A stretch of 63,671 nt of DNA, counting the filler, from Octopus bimaculoides (lineage: Eukaryota), in assembly GCF_001194135.2 (NCBI RefSeq). It is 5 parts of 4 records of this genome, joined end to end, with 100 filler letters (N's around TTAATTAATTAA, not from the genome) between each part and the next. Parts side by side here need not be neighbours in the genome. Positions count along the whole stretch, not along the records: positions 61,120 to 63,671 come from NC_068984.1; 4 more parts are not named here. One strand, written 5' to 3'. A program made the translations under genes and the position numbers. A model generated the notes under the pieces. It saw only the letters and a program-made list of their open reading frames with translations, searched no databases and was not told the DNA's origin. Positions within the stretch are counted from its first letter, which is position 1, and every line of letters starts with the position of its first letter. This document shows, piece after piece, positions 63,240 through 63,671 of the stretch.

Positions 63240-63671
63240 ATCTGGGTACAGGACGTAGCAAAAAAAAAGGACAAAATGATAAACGGAGTACACAAAACAC
63301 ATAGGCTACATAGAAAACATTTCCTTCATCAGCAGTCACCATTCTAAAACTAAGCGTTTTGAAGAGTTAGGACAGGACGCATTGTTAGAATGGCTCTTCC
63401 CACGGACCACAAATTAAATTTAAATTAAATTTGTAACGTGGAGAAATGTAGTGGCGGACAGAAAACAAGACAGGAAAACGAAACAGTGAAAATAAACAAG
63501 AAAGGCCAAACGGCCAGACGTGAAAAAAAATATGAACGCTGTAAAGCAACGAACTGGAAGGGAGTCGAAGAATGTTCGTGCCAGCTTCGCGAAAGCGAAG
63601 ATATGAAAGGGAGAGAAGTAGCTGGACACGTGACCAGCGAAGGGTAAGGAGAAAGAGTGGTAGAGGAAGAA
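63240..63671 (-). mobile_element. Possible Penelope-like element end
   Basis: CTGATGAAGG and AAAACG motifs on the minus strand followed, on +, by a purine-rich tract resembling the interior of 1466-2047. Confidence 0.3.

Noticed and set aside
63300-63370. Type II hammerhead on the minus strand
   Set aside because: The core words are present but G12 is missing and I could not build stems I and III.

Overview
Eukaryotic, AT-rich, microsatellite-dense draft-assembly sequence with many N gaps. I infer a coleoid cephalopod (Octopus-like) from the SINE families and a divergent 18S fragment. No long intact ORF is present, and most ORF-track entries are gap or microsatellite artefacts. The window is dominated by tRNA-derived SINEs, decayed LINEs (two RTE-clade copies, R4/Dong, CR1/L2), a mariner remnant and hAT/mariner MITEs. 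Most interesting structures: (1) a 58.3-61.0 kb rearranged cassette in which a USP37-like N-terminal coding exon, its leader and a CpG/ETS/CRE promoter-like island are duplicated and inverted between >=370-bp inverted repeats; (2) minimal hammerhead-ribozyme-like motifs in short repeats, including a head-to-head SINE dimer bounded by a single 12-bp TSD; (3) an 18S rRNA 5' fragment fused to a 33-bp hairpin; (4) a ~1.1-kb foldback palindrome; (5) divergent telomeric repeats. The 18-57 kb interval looks CpG-depleted by eye and holds unassigned candidate exons. All alignments were done by eye; no database was searched.
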